DNA of 64,000 nt from a virus (IMGVR_UViG_3300020195_000027:2818-66817); one strand, 5' to 3'; shown: positions 27,987 through 38,387, counted from the stretch's first letter. Program-made: numbers and translations. The notes: a model not told the origin generated them from the letters alone.

Positions 27987-29351
27987 ATGCCTAATCGTAT
28001 TCAGGGGAGTGATTTTAAAACACTAGCAGAGCTGGGCGGCAGTGGAAATGAATCTAAATTTATTGGCGATGACCAAATTTTTATGACCGCCAACTCTTTA
28101 AATAAAACTTTAAAACAGGCTATTATAGATGGAGATATGGGCGTTATCGCAAACTTAGCTGTAATCAATAATTCTACTCCAGGAAATTACAGCATGGCCG
28201 CTACCGCGAGTGAAACGCAAATATATCATACGGCCAATATCAGCGTAATATACCAATTGCCGTCAGCTCCAGGGGACACTAGAACATTTTCCTTTTATAA
28301 TGGCGGTATAAATTCAACCAATTTACTGAATGAAGTGAGGATTCAACCAGCCTCAGGAGCAATAATTAGATTTAGAAATCAGGTGGTAGGATTTCCGGGA
28401 TTCGTAGCTGTTGCAAAAAGGGGTGGCTCGGTCACTATAATTAATATTAGCCCGACCGTATGGGTAGTTACAGACGCTTCATATCAGGATCATCAAAAAA
28501 ACACTTCAATCGGAACAGTGCGGGACATATCGTTAGTCGGTAGAGACACATGGATAAGTAGAGCGGCAATGCCCGTGGCGCAATTTGCGCTTTCATCGTG
28601 GATTCAAAACGATTTTGCTTATCAGTCCAACAACGCTGTTTACCAGTACAATGGTTCCGCAAACACCTGGGCGACAAAAACTACGCAACCAAATAACCCA
28701 ATATCTAATACGATGGCTTATTTTCTAAATGGTTTCGGGTATTCTGTCGGGGGATTTTTTGCCGGAGCAAGAAGGTCGTACAACGATCAATACAATGACG
28801 CTACCAATGCTTGGACTTCAAGAACCGGAACAATTACTGCACGAAATTCCGGAGGGGGAATTTCACTGAATGGATATGGATACGTATTCAATGGTTTCGA
28901 CCCAGGTGGGCCTATTAGTCTCGCAGAACGATATAACGATTCCGCCAATAGTTGGTCGGCTATGGCTGTTACCGGGACCGCAAAATACAGCCTCGTGGGA
29001 TTTTTACTAAATGGATACGGCTATGGTGCGGTAGGTGCAGGACCCGTTAGTGATCATAATCAGTACAATGATTCATCTAACACTTGGATCGGTAGAAAAG
29101 CTTATCCCCTCTCGTTAGAGGCCGCAGGCGTGTTTGCTAACAATAATTATGGATACGTCCTTGCCGGCACAACGGGAACAGAGGTGAGCTCAGTGTACGA
29201 GTACAATGATTCATCTAACACTTGGTCTTTAAAATCGCCCGTAGATGCCGCGTATGACGGGCAGGGAATGGGTTTTGCTGTTGGTGGTTTTGGATACAGA
29301 TCTGGGGGGCGTGATGGAGTGGCACGCAGTTCAGTTCAACAATATAACTAA
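27987..29351 (+). CDS. Kelch-like beta-propeller protein 2
   Basis: Same architecture and repeats as protein 1; ends QYN. Confidence 0.75.
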   Translation: MPNRIQGSDFKTLAELGGSGNESKFIGDDQIFMTANSLNKTLKQAIIDGDMGVIANLAVINNSTPGNYSMAATASETQIYHTANISVIYQLPSAPGDTRTFSFYNGGINSTNLLNEVRIQPASGAIIRFRNQVVGFPGFVAVAKRGGSVTIINISPTVWVVTDASYQDHQKNTSIGTVRDISLVGRDTWISRAAMPVAQFALSSWIQNDFAYQSNNAVYQYNGSANTWATKTTQPNNPISNTMAYFLNGFGYSVGGFFAGARRSYNDQYNDATNAWTSRTGTITARNSGGGISLNGYGYVFNGFDPGGPISLAERYNDSANSWSAMAVTGTAKYSLVGFLLNGYGYGAVGAGPVSDHNQYNDSSNTWIGRKAYPLSLEAAGVFANNNYGYVLAGTTGTEVSSVYEYNDSSNTWSLKSPVDAAYDGQGMGFAVGGFGYRSGGRDGVARSSVQQYN

Positions 29352-29364
29352 TAAAGGATAATTT

Positions 29365-30735
29365 ATGAGTAAAGTGAGTGGTGGCGATTTTAAGAACTCA
29401 ACGGATCTCGCTGGCAATTTAAGTCAATTACCAAACGATACGAAGTTCTATGCAACGGGACAGGTGAAGACAATATTTCAAGCGATCACAGATGGAAATA
29501 TTGGTGGATCGCCCGTTCTTCCTAGTATCGTTACAAATTCCGTTGGAGGAAATTACAGCATGTCCGCTACGCCGGATAATACGTTAATTAGACATACAGC
29601 TACCACTTTTTCGACTTATCAGCTCCCTACTCCGGGTTCGGCAGCTAAAAAGTTTTATTTCATGAACGATGCGTCCACTATTCTTCCGAGATCTAGTGTT
29701 AGGATTCAGCCAGCATCTGGACATGGAATCCGTATGGGCAATGAAGTAGTGCAATTTCCAGGATATATTTCGTTGGATAGTAATGGGCCCATAGTATCTA
29801 TTCAATCCCTGGATTCAACAAATTGGTTTGTAGTAAACAACACTAGTCAAATGCACACCAAAAACACAACAATAGGATATCCAAAAGAGGTCGCGCTAGT
29901 TGGCAGAAATACTTGGGTTCAAAAAGGTAACGATATAGCAAGAACAAGTCAGGGCGCGTTTGCACTAAACGGCTACGCGTACGTTGCGGCGGGAGGAGCT
30001 TTCCTCTCTACCGTAAATAGATACAATGATTTGGCCGACACGTGGCTAGGCAGAACTGCTATTCCGGTTGCAATCTCCCAGACTAGCGGAATGGCTTTTA
30101 ATGGATTTGGTTATATCGTCGGCGGAACTACAGGAACTGCAGTCTCAACTAACTATCAATACAATGATTCAGCTGATACTTGGGCCACTAAACTGGCAAC
30201 ATTATCAGCACTAGATTTTCTGGTTGGTGTTGGTTTTAACGGCTACGGTTATGCTCTAGGCGGGCGTAATGCAGCCGGCACACAACAATCCGCTGTGTAC
30301 AGATACAACGATTCCGCGGACACACAATTGGCGATGGCGGCTCTAAGTCTTACGCGACAAGCGGCTGGGGTTGGGGTATTAAACGGTTACATTTATCACG
30401 GGACCGGCGCTTCTTCACTGAGCGTTATAGAACAATACAATGATTCATCTAACACTTGGATAACACGAGCAAACTATCCAATAAGCGTGAGCGATACTTT
30501 TGGCGGTTTTGTCAATGGCGGTTACTTTTTACTAGTAGGAGGCACCACAACTTCTTCTAGTAATTCCTACAATGACGCTACTAATGCCTGGACCGCAAAT
30601 CTTAGTTTTTCAGGGAGTCCCACTCCAACAAATACTGGATCAACGTGCGGTAGTTTTGTATTAAATGGTCAGGGGTATGTGTCGGGCGGGCAGTATGCGG
30701 GCGTTTCAGTAAGCTCAACGTATGAATATAATTAA
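29365..30735 (+). CDS. Kelch-like beta-propeller protein 3
   Basis: Same architecture and repeats; ends EYN. Confidence 0.75.
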   Translation: MSKVSGGDFKNSTDLAGNLSQLPNDTKFYATGQVKTIFQAITDGNIGGSPVLPSIVTNSVGGNYSMSATPDNTLIRHTATTFSTYQLPTPGSAAKKFYFMNDASTILPRSSVRIQPASGHGIRMGNEVVQFPGYISLDSNGPIVSIQSLDSTNWFVVNNTSQMHTKNTTIGYPKEVALVGRNTWVQKGNDIARTSQGAFALNGYAYVAAGGAFLSTVNRYNDLADTWLGRTAIPVAISQTSGMAFNGFGYIVGGTTGTAVSTNYQYNDSADTWATKLATLSALDFLVGVGFNGYGYALGGRNAAGTQQSAVYRYNDSADTQLAMAALSLTRQAAGVGVLNGYIYHGTGASSLSVIEQYNDSSNTWITRANYPISVSDTFGGFVNGGYFLLVGGTTTSSSNSYNDATNAWTANLSFSGSPTPTNTGSTCGSFVLNGQGYVSGGQYAGVSVSSTYEYN

Positions 30736-30747
30736 AGGAGATTTTTT

Positions 30748-31059
30748 ATGACAATTCTAGAATTTAAATATGATGCAAACGGCGAAGGAAATTCAGTAAT
30801 TCCCAATTGGGCTAATCATTCAATTGCTCCTATGTTTTACAAAGCGGCGAATCACACACATGTCGGCATTAGGCTTTCTGATGCTATTAAAGTTCCAGAT
30901 GCGGTTTTGAGAATTGCAGACAGGGCGGCGCTCAAAACTAGAAATCGAGGTGCTGGTTTGCAAAAACTAGATGTAGATGGAGTTACTTTAATCGCAATGA
31001 CAAATGCTGAGTGTGATGCTGCTACTGATGTTTGGTGTAACTTGGTGGGAATTGCTTAA
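30748..31059 (+). CDS. Hypothetical protein, possibly a fibre-associated chaperone
   Basis: AAGGAG RBS; operonic. Confidence 0.6.
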   Translation: MTILEFKYDANGEGNSVIPNWANHSIAPMFYKAANHTHVGIRLSDAIKVPDAVLRIADRAALKTRNRGAGLQKLDVDGVTLIAMTNAECDAATDVWCNLVGIA

Positions 31060-32126
31060 TGAAAATTGGATTCTTTTCTGGGAGAGCATGGGAAAGTTGG
31101 GACGCTACTTCTCCACTTAAAACAGGGATCGGCGGATCTGAAACGTGCTTAGTATATTTATCTAAAGAGCTTGCTAGGTTCGGTCATGATGTATCTCTAT
31201 TTATAGATACTGATAAATCTAGCGTGGTGGATAATGTAAAATACTATCCTTTCCCAGATATTAAAGAATCCAAAGAAGAGTTTGATTTCTTTATTCATTT
31301 TAGAACTATTCAAGCATTAGAATTTGCTAAGTCGAATGTTCATATAGGATTTGCTCAAGATACTACTCTGCCAACTCCCGACGATAAAAAGGATCTAAGT
31401 AACGGTAAATTAAATTATTTATTTAGTCTCTCGAAAGCTCATACTGATTACTTATCAGAACAACACAATTTCCCAATAGAAAAAATTAGAATGACGGCTA
31501 ATGGGGTTGATCCAAAACGATATGATAAAAAAGTTGATAAGATTAGAAACACAATTTTTTATTCGTCTTGTCCTTCCAGAGATTTAGATAGACTGCTTTG
31601 GTTGTCTCAAGACATAGCTAAATATGTTCCTAATTTTAAACTTATTGTAGCTTATGGGATGCAGACTTGGGAGGGCTTACTAAGGCAGGGCCGTGGGGAT
31701 TATAAAAAACATTTCGGCACTACGGACATGATGAAGAATTTTCCATGGGTTAAATACATTGGTCGGCAAAATCAAAACGATTTAGCGGATTTACAAATGG
31801 CTTCGAGGGGTTGGTTTTATCCAACATCATTCCCCGAAACATTTTGTATCACGGCTGTCGAAGCGGGATTTGCAAGATGTCCAATTCTAACCTCAAATTG
31901 TTTTGGCTTGGAAACTACTGTAGGTAGCTCTGGTATCATTATTAAAGAAGAGCCGGAATTTGGGGAGAAGTTTATAGCGCACGCAATTAGACTATTGACC
32001 GATGAGCCATACTGGAGAGAATGGTCTGAAAAAGCCCATAGTGGAATGAAAAAATATACATGGGAAAATGTGGCACTTCAGTGGGATGAGTTTTTCAAAA
32101 CTAACAACTGGGAGGATATACAGTGA
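31059..32126 (+). CDS. GT-B fold glycosyltransferase (GT4-like)
   Basis: GIGGSE, GHDV, NGVD, YP..FPETFCITAVEAG and YTWENVA motifs. Confidence 0.9.
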   Translation: MKIGFFSGRAWESWDATSPLKTGIGGSETCLVYLSKELARFGHDVSLFIDTDKSSVVDNVKYYPFPDIKESKEEFDFFIHFRTIQALEFAKSNVHIGFAQDTTLPTPDDKKDLSNGKLNYLFSLSKAHTDYLSEQHNFPIEKIRMTANGVDPKRYDKKVDKIRNTIFYSSCPSRDLDRLLWLSQDIAKYVPNFKLIVAYGMQTWEGLLRQGRGDYKKHFGTTDMMKNFPWVKYIGRQNQNDLADLQMASRGWFYPTSFPETFCITAVEAGFARCPILTSNCFGLETTVGSSGIIIKEEPEFGEKFIAHAIRLLTDEPYWREWSEKAHSGMKKYTWENVALQWDEFFKTNNWEDIQ

Positions 32127-32959
32127 GCGACATTAAGTCAGAATCAACGGAATTGGTTAGGGATGAATTAAATAATAACCTTATGGCTTTATTGCCCGAA
32201 GAACAGATCAAATTTGTTCAAAATGTGGCAGCTAAATTTATGCCTATAAATATTGATGGTAATGGAAAGCAATTCTGGAAAGATGTAATCCTTTCCTCAA
32301 CAAAAGATTATCCGACGGACTCCACGGCGTACTATCAAGTTATTCGAGAGGGCAAAGGCAGAGTATCAAGATTGCTAGATGAGGCGATTGCCCATCAGGA
32401 GCTGCTTTTAGATGTAGAAGAATTGGAAGTTCAAATTAATTGTCTAAACGAATCACTGCTAGAAATGGTGGTTGGTAGTTCCCAAGAAAAACTAAAGACT
32501 ATTGAAATAAGACGAGCAGAATTAAAACTAAAACAAAAGAAAATACGGATAGAATTTTCTAAAAATTCAGTGGCTTCTACGCTCGACGAAATTAAAGATT
32601 TTGATGCTCTTGCTGAAGATTACAAGAAATCTGATATTAAAGAATTCAAAGAAGCTAGAGTGGAAGAGATGCAAAAGAAAAAGGTAGATAGATACTTACA
32701 CTTTATTTTAACGGGAACTGCGCTATCAAATCCAGAATGGGCATATTATTATAAAGATGGATTTGTTGTTCCACCAGTTGAAGTTATTCAGCGATTAAAA
32801 GATATTGGACATTTTGAATTAGCTAACCAAGAACAGAATAAATTAACGACCTATCAAAATTGGAAATCTGGAATTAAAGTACAACCAATTAAACAATTAC
32901 CCTTGAATGATGATCTGGGCATTAAGATTGTTAGTAAAGAAGAGGCTATGAAGCAATGA
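32123..32959 (+). CDS. Coiled-coil hypothetical protein
   Basis: YPTDSTAYYQVIRE followed by a long heptad region; coupled to both glycosyltransferase genes. Confidence 0.65.
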   Translation: MSDIKSESTELVRDELNNNLMALLPEEQIKFVQNVAAKFMPINIDGNGKQFWKDVILSSTKDYPTDSTAYYQVIREGKGRVSRLLDEAIAHQELLLDVEELEVQINCLNESLLEMVVGSSQEKLKTIEIRRAELKLKQKKIRIEFSKNSVASTLDEIKDFDALAEDYKKSDIKEFKEARVEEMQKKKVDRYLHFILTGTALSNPEWAYYYKDGFVVPPVEVIQRLKDIGHFELANQEQNKLTTYQNWKSGIKVQPIKQLPLNDDLGIKIVSKEEAMKQ

Positions 32960-33636
32960 GCAACATATTCATGAGCCAGCCTGGATTTTTGGGATGGACA
33001 CATCAAAAAAATGTAAACTCCATGCTATCAATGTCGAAGGAACACCACATAAGATTTAGATTTATCGAGAACTGTTCTTTAATTACTCTCGGAAGATCAG
33101 ATCATATAAGTCTTTTTTTAAAAGAAAAAGAGTACGACTATTTCCTTTCTGTTGACAACGATATGTTAATTCATCCTCCTGGGTGTTTAGATTTAATGAT
33201 TAGAAAATTAAAAACATTAGGTGGATTAAGTATCATAGGAGCAGTGTATGCAAAAAAAGCTCACGATGTTAATGGTCACTGTCCCGTAAATGGGACTAGA
33301 TTAGATGAATCTGAACCGTGGGTCATGGACGGTCGTTTAGTTGAGATGGAAAATTTACCAACTGGATTTATGCTTGTACCTCGTGATGTTGTTTGCGCAA
33401 TGGTTGAGTCATATCCTATGCTAGAATACAAAGCTAATGACGGAAATCAATCGTGGGCTTTGTATATACGAATTGTTGAAAATAAAATGTTTTATTCAGA
33501 GGACTTTAGTTTTTGCAAACGAGCTAGAGATATTGGAGTTAAAATTTGGGCTGATACAGGTATATCAATAGGACACGTCGGTAATTTCCTCTATACGTTA
33601 CAACATTTAATACCAAACGAAAACGAGAAGAGTTAA
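32956..33636 (+). CDS. GT-A fold glycosyltransferase (GT2-like)
   Basis: SLITLGR, DYFLSVDND (DxD), PTGFMLV, SEDFSFC.R and IWAD..I.IGHVG motifs. Confidence 0.88.
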   Translation: MSNIFMSQPGFLGWTHQKNVNSMLSMSKEHHIRFRFIENCSLITLGRSDHISLFLKEKEYDYFLSVDNDMLIHPPGCLDLMIRKLKTLGGLSIIGAVYAKKAHDVNGHCPVNGTRLDESEPWVMDGRLVEMENLPTGFMLVPRDVVCAMVESYPMLEYKANDGNQSWALYIRIVENKMFYSEDFSFCKRARDIGVKIWADTGISIGHVGNFLYTLQHLIPNENEKS

Positions 33637-33965
33637 TGAACGACCTACTAAGCCAGGCCTTAATGAGCCTCTTTAGTGGAAGTGTAGTTGCTGGAGTGAT
33701 GACGTTTTTTATGAAGCGAATGATTTCAGAATATGACTCTAAACACAAAAAGACCGAGGACAGTCTTGGTTTAACCACAGCCCAATATCATGAATTGGAT
33801 AAAAAACTAATATCAATTCAATCTGACATCAGAGATGTGGCAAAAACAAAAGACCAAATTGCAATTCAGGAAAAGTCTATTTGGGCTTTGGATTCTCAAA
33901 TGAAAGCAGCGTGGAGGTATATAGATTCCGCTGATAAAAAAAGAGCGTCTGACCGTGACGAATAG
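33636..33965 (+). CDS. Membrane-anchored coiled-coil protein, holin-like
   Basis: One N-terminal transmembrane segment followed by a coiled coil. Confidence 0.5.
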   Translation: MNDLLSQALMSLFSGSVVAGVMTFFMKRMISEYDSKHKKTEDSLGLTTAQYHELDKKLISIQSDIRDVAKTKDQIAIQEKSIWALDSQMKAAWRYIDSADKKRASDRDE

Positions 33966-33973
33966 GGGGGCTG

Positions 33974-34891
33974 GTGGAAAACATATTCTTCTTTTTTTGG
34001 AACCTGAAAGCAATAGTAGTTGGATATTTTAGATATAAAGAAATAATGAAGGGTCCTCAAATCATGAAAACAACCGTAGGGGCCTGTATGCCTAACGGTG
34101 ATGGTGATTTTGAAAAAGCAAACAAAATGGGTGCTGCGTTTTATCGTTTTGGAATAAACGAAGCTAAAAAAGTTAAGAACATTAGCTCCATGAGTGGTCC
34201 ATACGCTCTTTTGATGGATGGAGTGAGCGATAAAGAATACTTGGCGTTAGCTGAAAGAATCAGGGACGCTTGGAATACCCTAAAGATCAAACCTGAGATA
34301 ATACTTTGCTCAAACGAAAACAACCATATTTCATACACAACACCCAAAAACGTACGGGCTATATTAAACAATACAATTCACGTTCCAATCGTAAAGGGTC
34401 CATTTAGATGCGCGGTTGAGAGTGATGCAAGAAAGAAATACTATAGGCTTTTAAAAAACAAAAGTGAGCTTGATAGTCCTAGGCTCCCAGAGGTTTTCAA
34501 TTATTATGAGAAGCCGCATTGGGAGGGAAACAAACGCGAAAACCTTCGCAGAAGATGTGTTTTCACATATATAGTCACCGAGCTCAGGAAATATGGAATT
34601 ACAACATTCTACGTTACCGAGTTCCACGACGGCACAAAAGAAAAAGTAATAGTAATTCCAAAAAAAGAATTAAGACCTTTCACCATAAATACAGAGGGGT
34701 CAAAAGACGGTGACGAAATAGTACAGGATTATGGGGTTGTTTACGCGGTGAAAAGACATGAGGGTGATTTTGTTTTTGCATCTAAAGACGGAATTGAATC
34801 GATTTTGAATTTTTTCGGTCGCCTTGAGATCAGGGCTGCCATGTATTATTGCGCTCCGTTTATCGGTAGAAATGGAAATACGGTAGCATGA
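33974..34891 (+). CDS. Hypothetical protein; true start may be 25-30 codons downstream
   Basis: Long operonic ORF; no family recognised. Confidence 0.55.
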   Translation: MENIFFFFWNLKAIVVGYFRYKEIMKGPQIMKTTVGACMPNGDGDFEKANKMGAAFYRFGINEAKKVKNISSMSGPYALLMDGVSDKEYLALAERIRDAWNTLKIKPEIILCSNENNHISYTTPKNVRAILNNTIHVPIVKGPFRCAVESDARKKYYRLLKNKSELDSPRLPEVFNYYEKPHWEGNKRENLRRRCVFTYIVTELRKYGITTFYVTEFHDGTKEKVIVIPKKELRPFTINTEGSKDGDEIVQDYGVVYAVKRHEGDFVFASKDGIESILNFFGRLEIRAAMYYCAPFIGRNGNTVA

Positions 34892-35046
34892 TAGAAAAGT
34901 TTGAAGAATTTATCTTTGATTTAACTTGGGATCTTAAGTTTAAGATAAGGTTTTCTCATTGCGAGCAAGAAAAAGAATATTCCATGAAAATGTTAGGGTT
35001 TATAGAACAATTATTACAAAAGCATGGTCTTGAGGAGTTGCTGTGA
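34888..35046 (+). CDS. Small hypothetical protein (52 aa), not in the ORF track
   Basis: MIEKFEEF...GLEELL; overlaps both neighbours by 4 nt (ATGA, GTGA). Confidence 0.5.
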   Translation: MIEKFEEFIFDLTWDLKFKIRFSHCEQEKEYSMKMLGFIEQLLQKHGLEELL

Positions 35047-38000
35047 GTTGTGGGAATGGCGGCAGGACGCACTGGATTTATTCTGGAAATCAAGTTGGAT
35101 ACTTAAACTTTGTTGGACTAATGAATTTCGTGGCTGGTGGTCCAGATGGTTCTGGAATATCGGCGGGAAAATTAGTTTCACAATTTATTAGACCTCCGAT
35201 TTCACGGGAACCGTGGAACGATTCAGACGCTCAACTTAATCAGCAATTATTAGACGCTTCTTTTCCTTTTATTCAATTAAATTGGATTGCAAATATTGAC
35301 ATTGGAAATGGTGTCCTCTTTAGGGTTTCAGATAAAAATGTTTACGTTGAAGATTCCGATGGAACTCCTAGATTTTATGAGGCTAGGGCTGACAGTGGTC
35401 CAACATTATTGCTAACCAATGGCGAATGGCTTGCGCCTAGTTTTGAAATAGGTGATTTGAGTCTTAAATTAAATAATCGAGATGGCTTCTTTAATAAATA
35501 TCTTGCCCAGGGTGATGAATACAATCAGTGGATGGGCGGGAGAATTGATGTCTTAGTGGGCTTTGGTGAAAAAATATCAAACTACTTCAATGTTTTCACC
35601 GGCTTCATAGCTTCCAAAAAAGGAATCACAGTAACAGATAAGGACATTAGCATAAGGGCTTATGACCTATTTGAAAATGATGAGGTGCCAATACCTGCAA
35701 CAGTTTTCGATAATATAAGCTATCCAGATATTCAGGAAGGGGCTTCAGGAAAGTCAGTTCCTCTTGTTTATGGGGACTGGAGCGAAGAGGTTGGGGACTT
35801 TGGAGAAATTCCAGGATTTTGCACTAACGCTTTTGCGGACATTCCCGCAAACTTCATATTTCAAATATCCCAAAATCAATTATTTGAGATCGGGGATGTT
35901 TATTTGCACCGAGGGGACAGAGTTGCTGGGTCTATTGAGGGTCCAATTCTTTTAGACGACACTCAGTTTACAAAGAGTCCTGAATTTGGGCAAATAGTAA
36001 TCCCTGCAAACGCTCCAGCACTTACAGATTTCGCTGTGGTAATAGATAACTCACAAGCGGGGTCTGGATCTGGATTAAATGAAATAACTTCAAACACAGC
36101 GGAATTAAACTTTATCATTAAGGGTGTTAAGGCTAACGATAAAGTTTTCAAAACAAAAACATCAGAGGTTGCTGTTGTATTTTCAGTGGCATCAAACCAA
36201 TTAATTTTAACTGGTGGAATAACTTTTGATGAAAATGACGAGTATTCCATAAGAACAAAAAACTATTCTTACTTTAAGGGCGACAAGCTAAGCGTGTTTT
36301 GCAAAGGAAAGAATGTAAGGAACATTTCACTTAATCGCTTGTCAGATGCGGGTCTTGGAGCTTCTGTTCCAAGGGGTCTAACGGTTGGTCTTGATGGAAC
36401 ATATTGGTTCTGTGATAATGACTCCCAAAAAATATACCAAGTTACGTTTAAAAACGAATTAGTTAAACAAATCAACTACTTAGACATATCTCCTGAGATA
36501 ACTTCTATCTCAGGATTCAGTATTCAAACAGACAATACCCTTTGGATATTCGACGATCTGCAAAGCAAAATATATCGATGGTTAATTGATGATCAGGCTC
36601 TGGGCCTTTCTTTTTCTACGGTTGATATTTTTGGCTTGGGAACCGCTCTAACAAGTGGCTCTGGTCTTACGGTTGATACTGGAAATTTAATTTATATCGT
36701 TGATAATTTCAGCGGTGAGTTTTACGTAATAAATCCCTTTGCCAATCCTGCTCCCACGCTTGTTTATCAGTGGAACAGAAGCGCATTTGAGGCTTCGGCA
36801 GTAGACATTTATGACCTTTCGGTTGATGTGAATCTTCAGGAGGTATTGGTAGCGGACAGGAATAATCAAAAGTATTATAGAATAGACGCTACTAATGGCT
36901 CATTTATAACAGAATATGCGTTTTCATTAATAGCAGATAACGCCACTTTCATAGTTGGAATAAGTGCCGCGCAGGACGGGACAGTGTTTCTGCTAAACAG
37001 AGAAAACAATACGCTTTATAATTTCAACGAAGAGCCGGATGCTTCAAACAATGCTGGATTCATTTGCAGAGATTTGGTTCAGGCATATACTGGCAAGGTT
37101 TCGAGCGACTTTGACCTTAACTTCAATCAAACCAGTAGAGAAGATTTATCTAAATACAAATGCAGAGTCTACATAGACAGTAAAACAAATGTAATAACTG
37201 CGGTAAATAAAATCCTACAGCAATATAATACTGTTCTTTACATCAAGTTCACAAGATATGCCCTTTTTCACATTACGTTTGATAACTTCAGAGAAGACGG
37301 GGGGTTAATAAACGAGGGTGACATACAAGAAAACTCATTCAAAGCCAATAAAGAGTACGGTCAATATTTCAATTCTGCGTTTGGAGATTATGCCGATCTT
37401 CCTTTTAGTCAAGGAAAAACAAGATCAGACACATACGTTTCACCAAAGGGCATAGAGTTCGCAGGAAAAGAAATATCTAAGCGAATAGATATGCCCAACG
37501 TGTATTTGAGAAACGATGTTGATAAGCTAATGCCTTTATTTGTAAGATTAGCCGCTCCAGAGCCGGAATTTTTGACATTTACCACTTCGTGGAGATTCAT
37601 ATTTACCCAACTAACTCAATTTTTCAGAATGAACTTCTACGAAATGCCAGATTGTGAGACTGGATTAAAAAAGGGTGGTAGAAGGTTTGAAAAAATACCC
37701 TGCTTCATAAGAGAATTAAGTTTTGATTTAACTTCATTCACAATTCAAGTAAAGGCATGGTCTTTGGGCACTACACAGTTTGGAACATTCATTCCTAATG
37801 GTCCTTTTGCTGGGGGCGAAAGTGATAAAATAGTTTTAACCAATCTTGGAACCGTAGGATATATTGCGCCTGTCGGATATATTACTGCCGCTACTGTCAA
37901 TTCAATAACAATCGCAGATGTTGGTGGAGATAACGCAGAAAACAGAACCGCTCCCGTTGTGGGTAAGGCCTGGCTTCCTGGATACAGGGTTGCCATAATA

Positions 38001-38327
38001 GATGCCATCACTCAGGCGGCTGTTGAACACCCAACAATTAGCTCGGTGGTTGGTCAGGTAATAACTTTTACCGAAAACTTAGCGGCTCCTGTTGTGCCAA
38101 GCGTTTTAAACTCGGCGGGATTCGTCGTTGGCGGGTACTATGTTAAGTATGCAAATTACGAGTTTACTTCAGCAGATCAAAAAGATGATTACGCTTATTT
38201 TGGCCGTCCCGAAGTCGGTTACCCAACGTCGGGTTCTCAAGAGGTGGAGGAGCAACGTGCTGGACTTCACTCGTTTGAAGATGATCGGCAACCGTACGTC
38301 CTCTTCCCCGCAGGATTTGTCCCGTGA
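35043..38327 (+). CDS. Tail tip/hub protein with an inserted NHL-like beta-propeller
   Basis: LNNRDGFF and GKSVPLVYGD hub-type motifs; central PRGLTV..DGTYW..D / TLWIFD / LIYIVD repeats. Confidence 0.7.
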   Translation: MSCGNGGRTHWIYSGNQVGYLNFVGLMNFVAGGPDGSGISAGKLVSQFIRPPISREPWNDSDAQLNQQLLDASFPFIQLNWIANIDIGNGVLFRVSDKNVYVEDSDGTPRFYEARADSGPTLLLTNGEWLAPSFEIGDLSLKLNNRDGFFNKYLAQGDEYNQWMGGRIDVLVGFGEKISNYFNVFTGFIASKKGITVTDKDISIRAYDLFENDEVPIPATVFDNISYPDIQEGASGKSVPLVYGDWSEEVGDFGEIPGFCTNAFADIPANFIFQISQNQLFEIGDVYLHRGDRVAGSIEGPILLDDTQFTKSPEFGQIVIPANAPALTDFAVVIDNSQAGSGSGLNEITSNTAELNFIIKGVKANDKVFKTKTSEVAVVFSVASNQLILTGGITFDENDEYSIRTKNYSYFKGDKLSVFCKGKNVRNISLNRLSDAGLGASVPRGLTVGLDGTYWFCDNDSQKIYQVTFKNELVKQINYLDISPEITSISGFSIQTDNTLWIFDDLQSKIYRWLIDDQALGLSFSTVDIFGLGTALTSGSGLTVDTGNLIYIVDNFSGEFYVINPFANPAPTLVYQWNRSAFEASAVDIYDLSVDVNLQEVLVADRNNQKYYRIDATNGSFITEYAFSLIADNATFIVGISAAQDGTVFLLNRENNTLYNFNEEPDASNNAGFICRDLVQAYTGKVSSDFDLNFNQTSREDLSKYKCRVYIDSKTNVITAVNKILQQYNTVLYIKFTRYALFHITFDNFREDGGLINEGDIQENSFKANKEYGQYFNSAFGDYADLPFSQGKTRSDTYVSPKGIEFAGKEISKRIDMPNVYLRNDVDKLMPLFVRLAAPEPEFLTFTTSWRFIFTQLTQFFRMNFYEMPDCETGLKKGGRRFEKIPCFIRELSFDLTSFTIQVKAWSLGTTQFGTFIPNGPFAGGESDKIVLTNLGTVGYIAPVGYITAATVNSITIADVGGDNAENRTAPVVGKAWLPGYRVAIIDAITQAAVEHPTISSVVGQVITFTENLAAPVVPSVLNSAGFVVGGYYVKYANYEFTSADQKDDYAYFGRPEVGYPTSGSQEVEEQRAGLHSFEDDRQPYVLFPAGFVP

Positions 38328-38387
38328 AAAAGTGTTTGGCTTACGGACTGGTGAGCCTGTTAAGAAAAGAAAAAAGGAGTTGATTCC

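Noticed and set aside
26623-30735. Diversity-generating retroelement acting on the propeller genes
   Set aside because: No reverse transcriptase in the window, the repeats are short and all within coding blades, and the differences are not confined to adenines.
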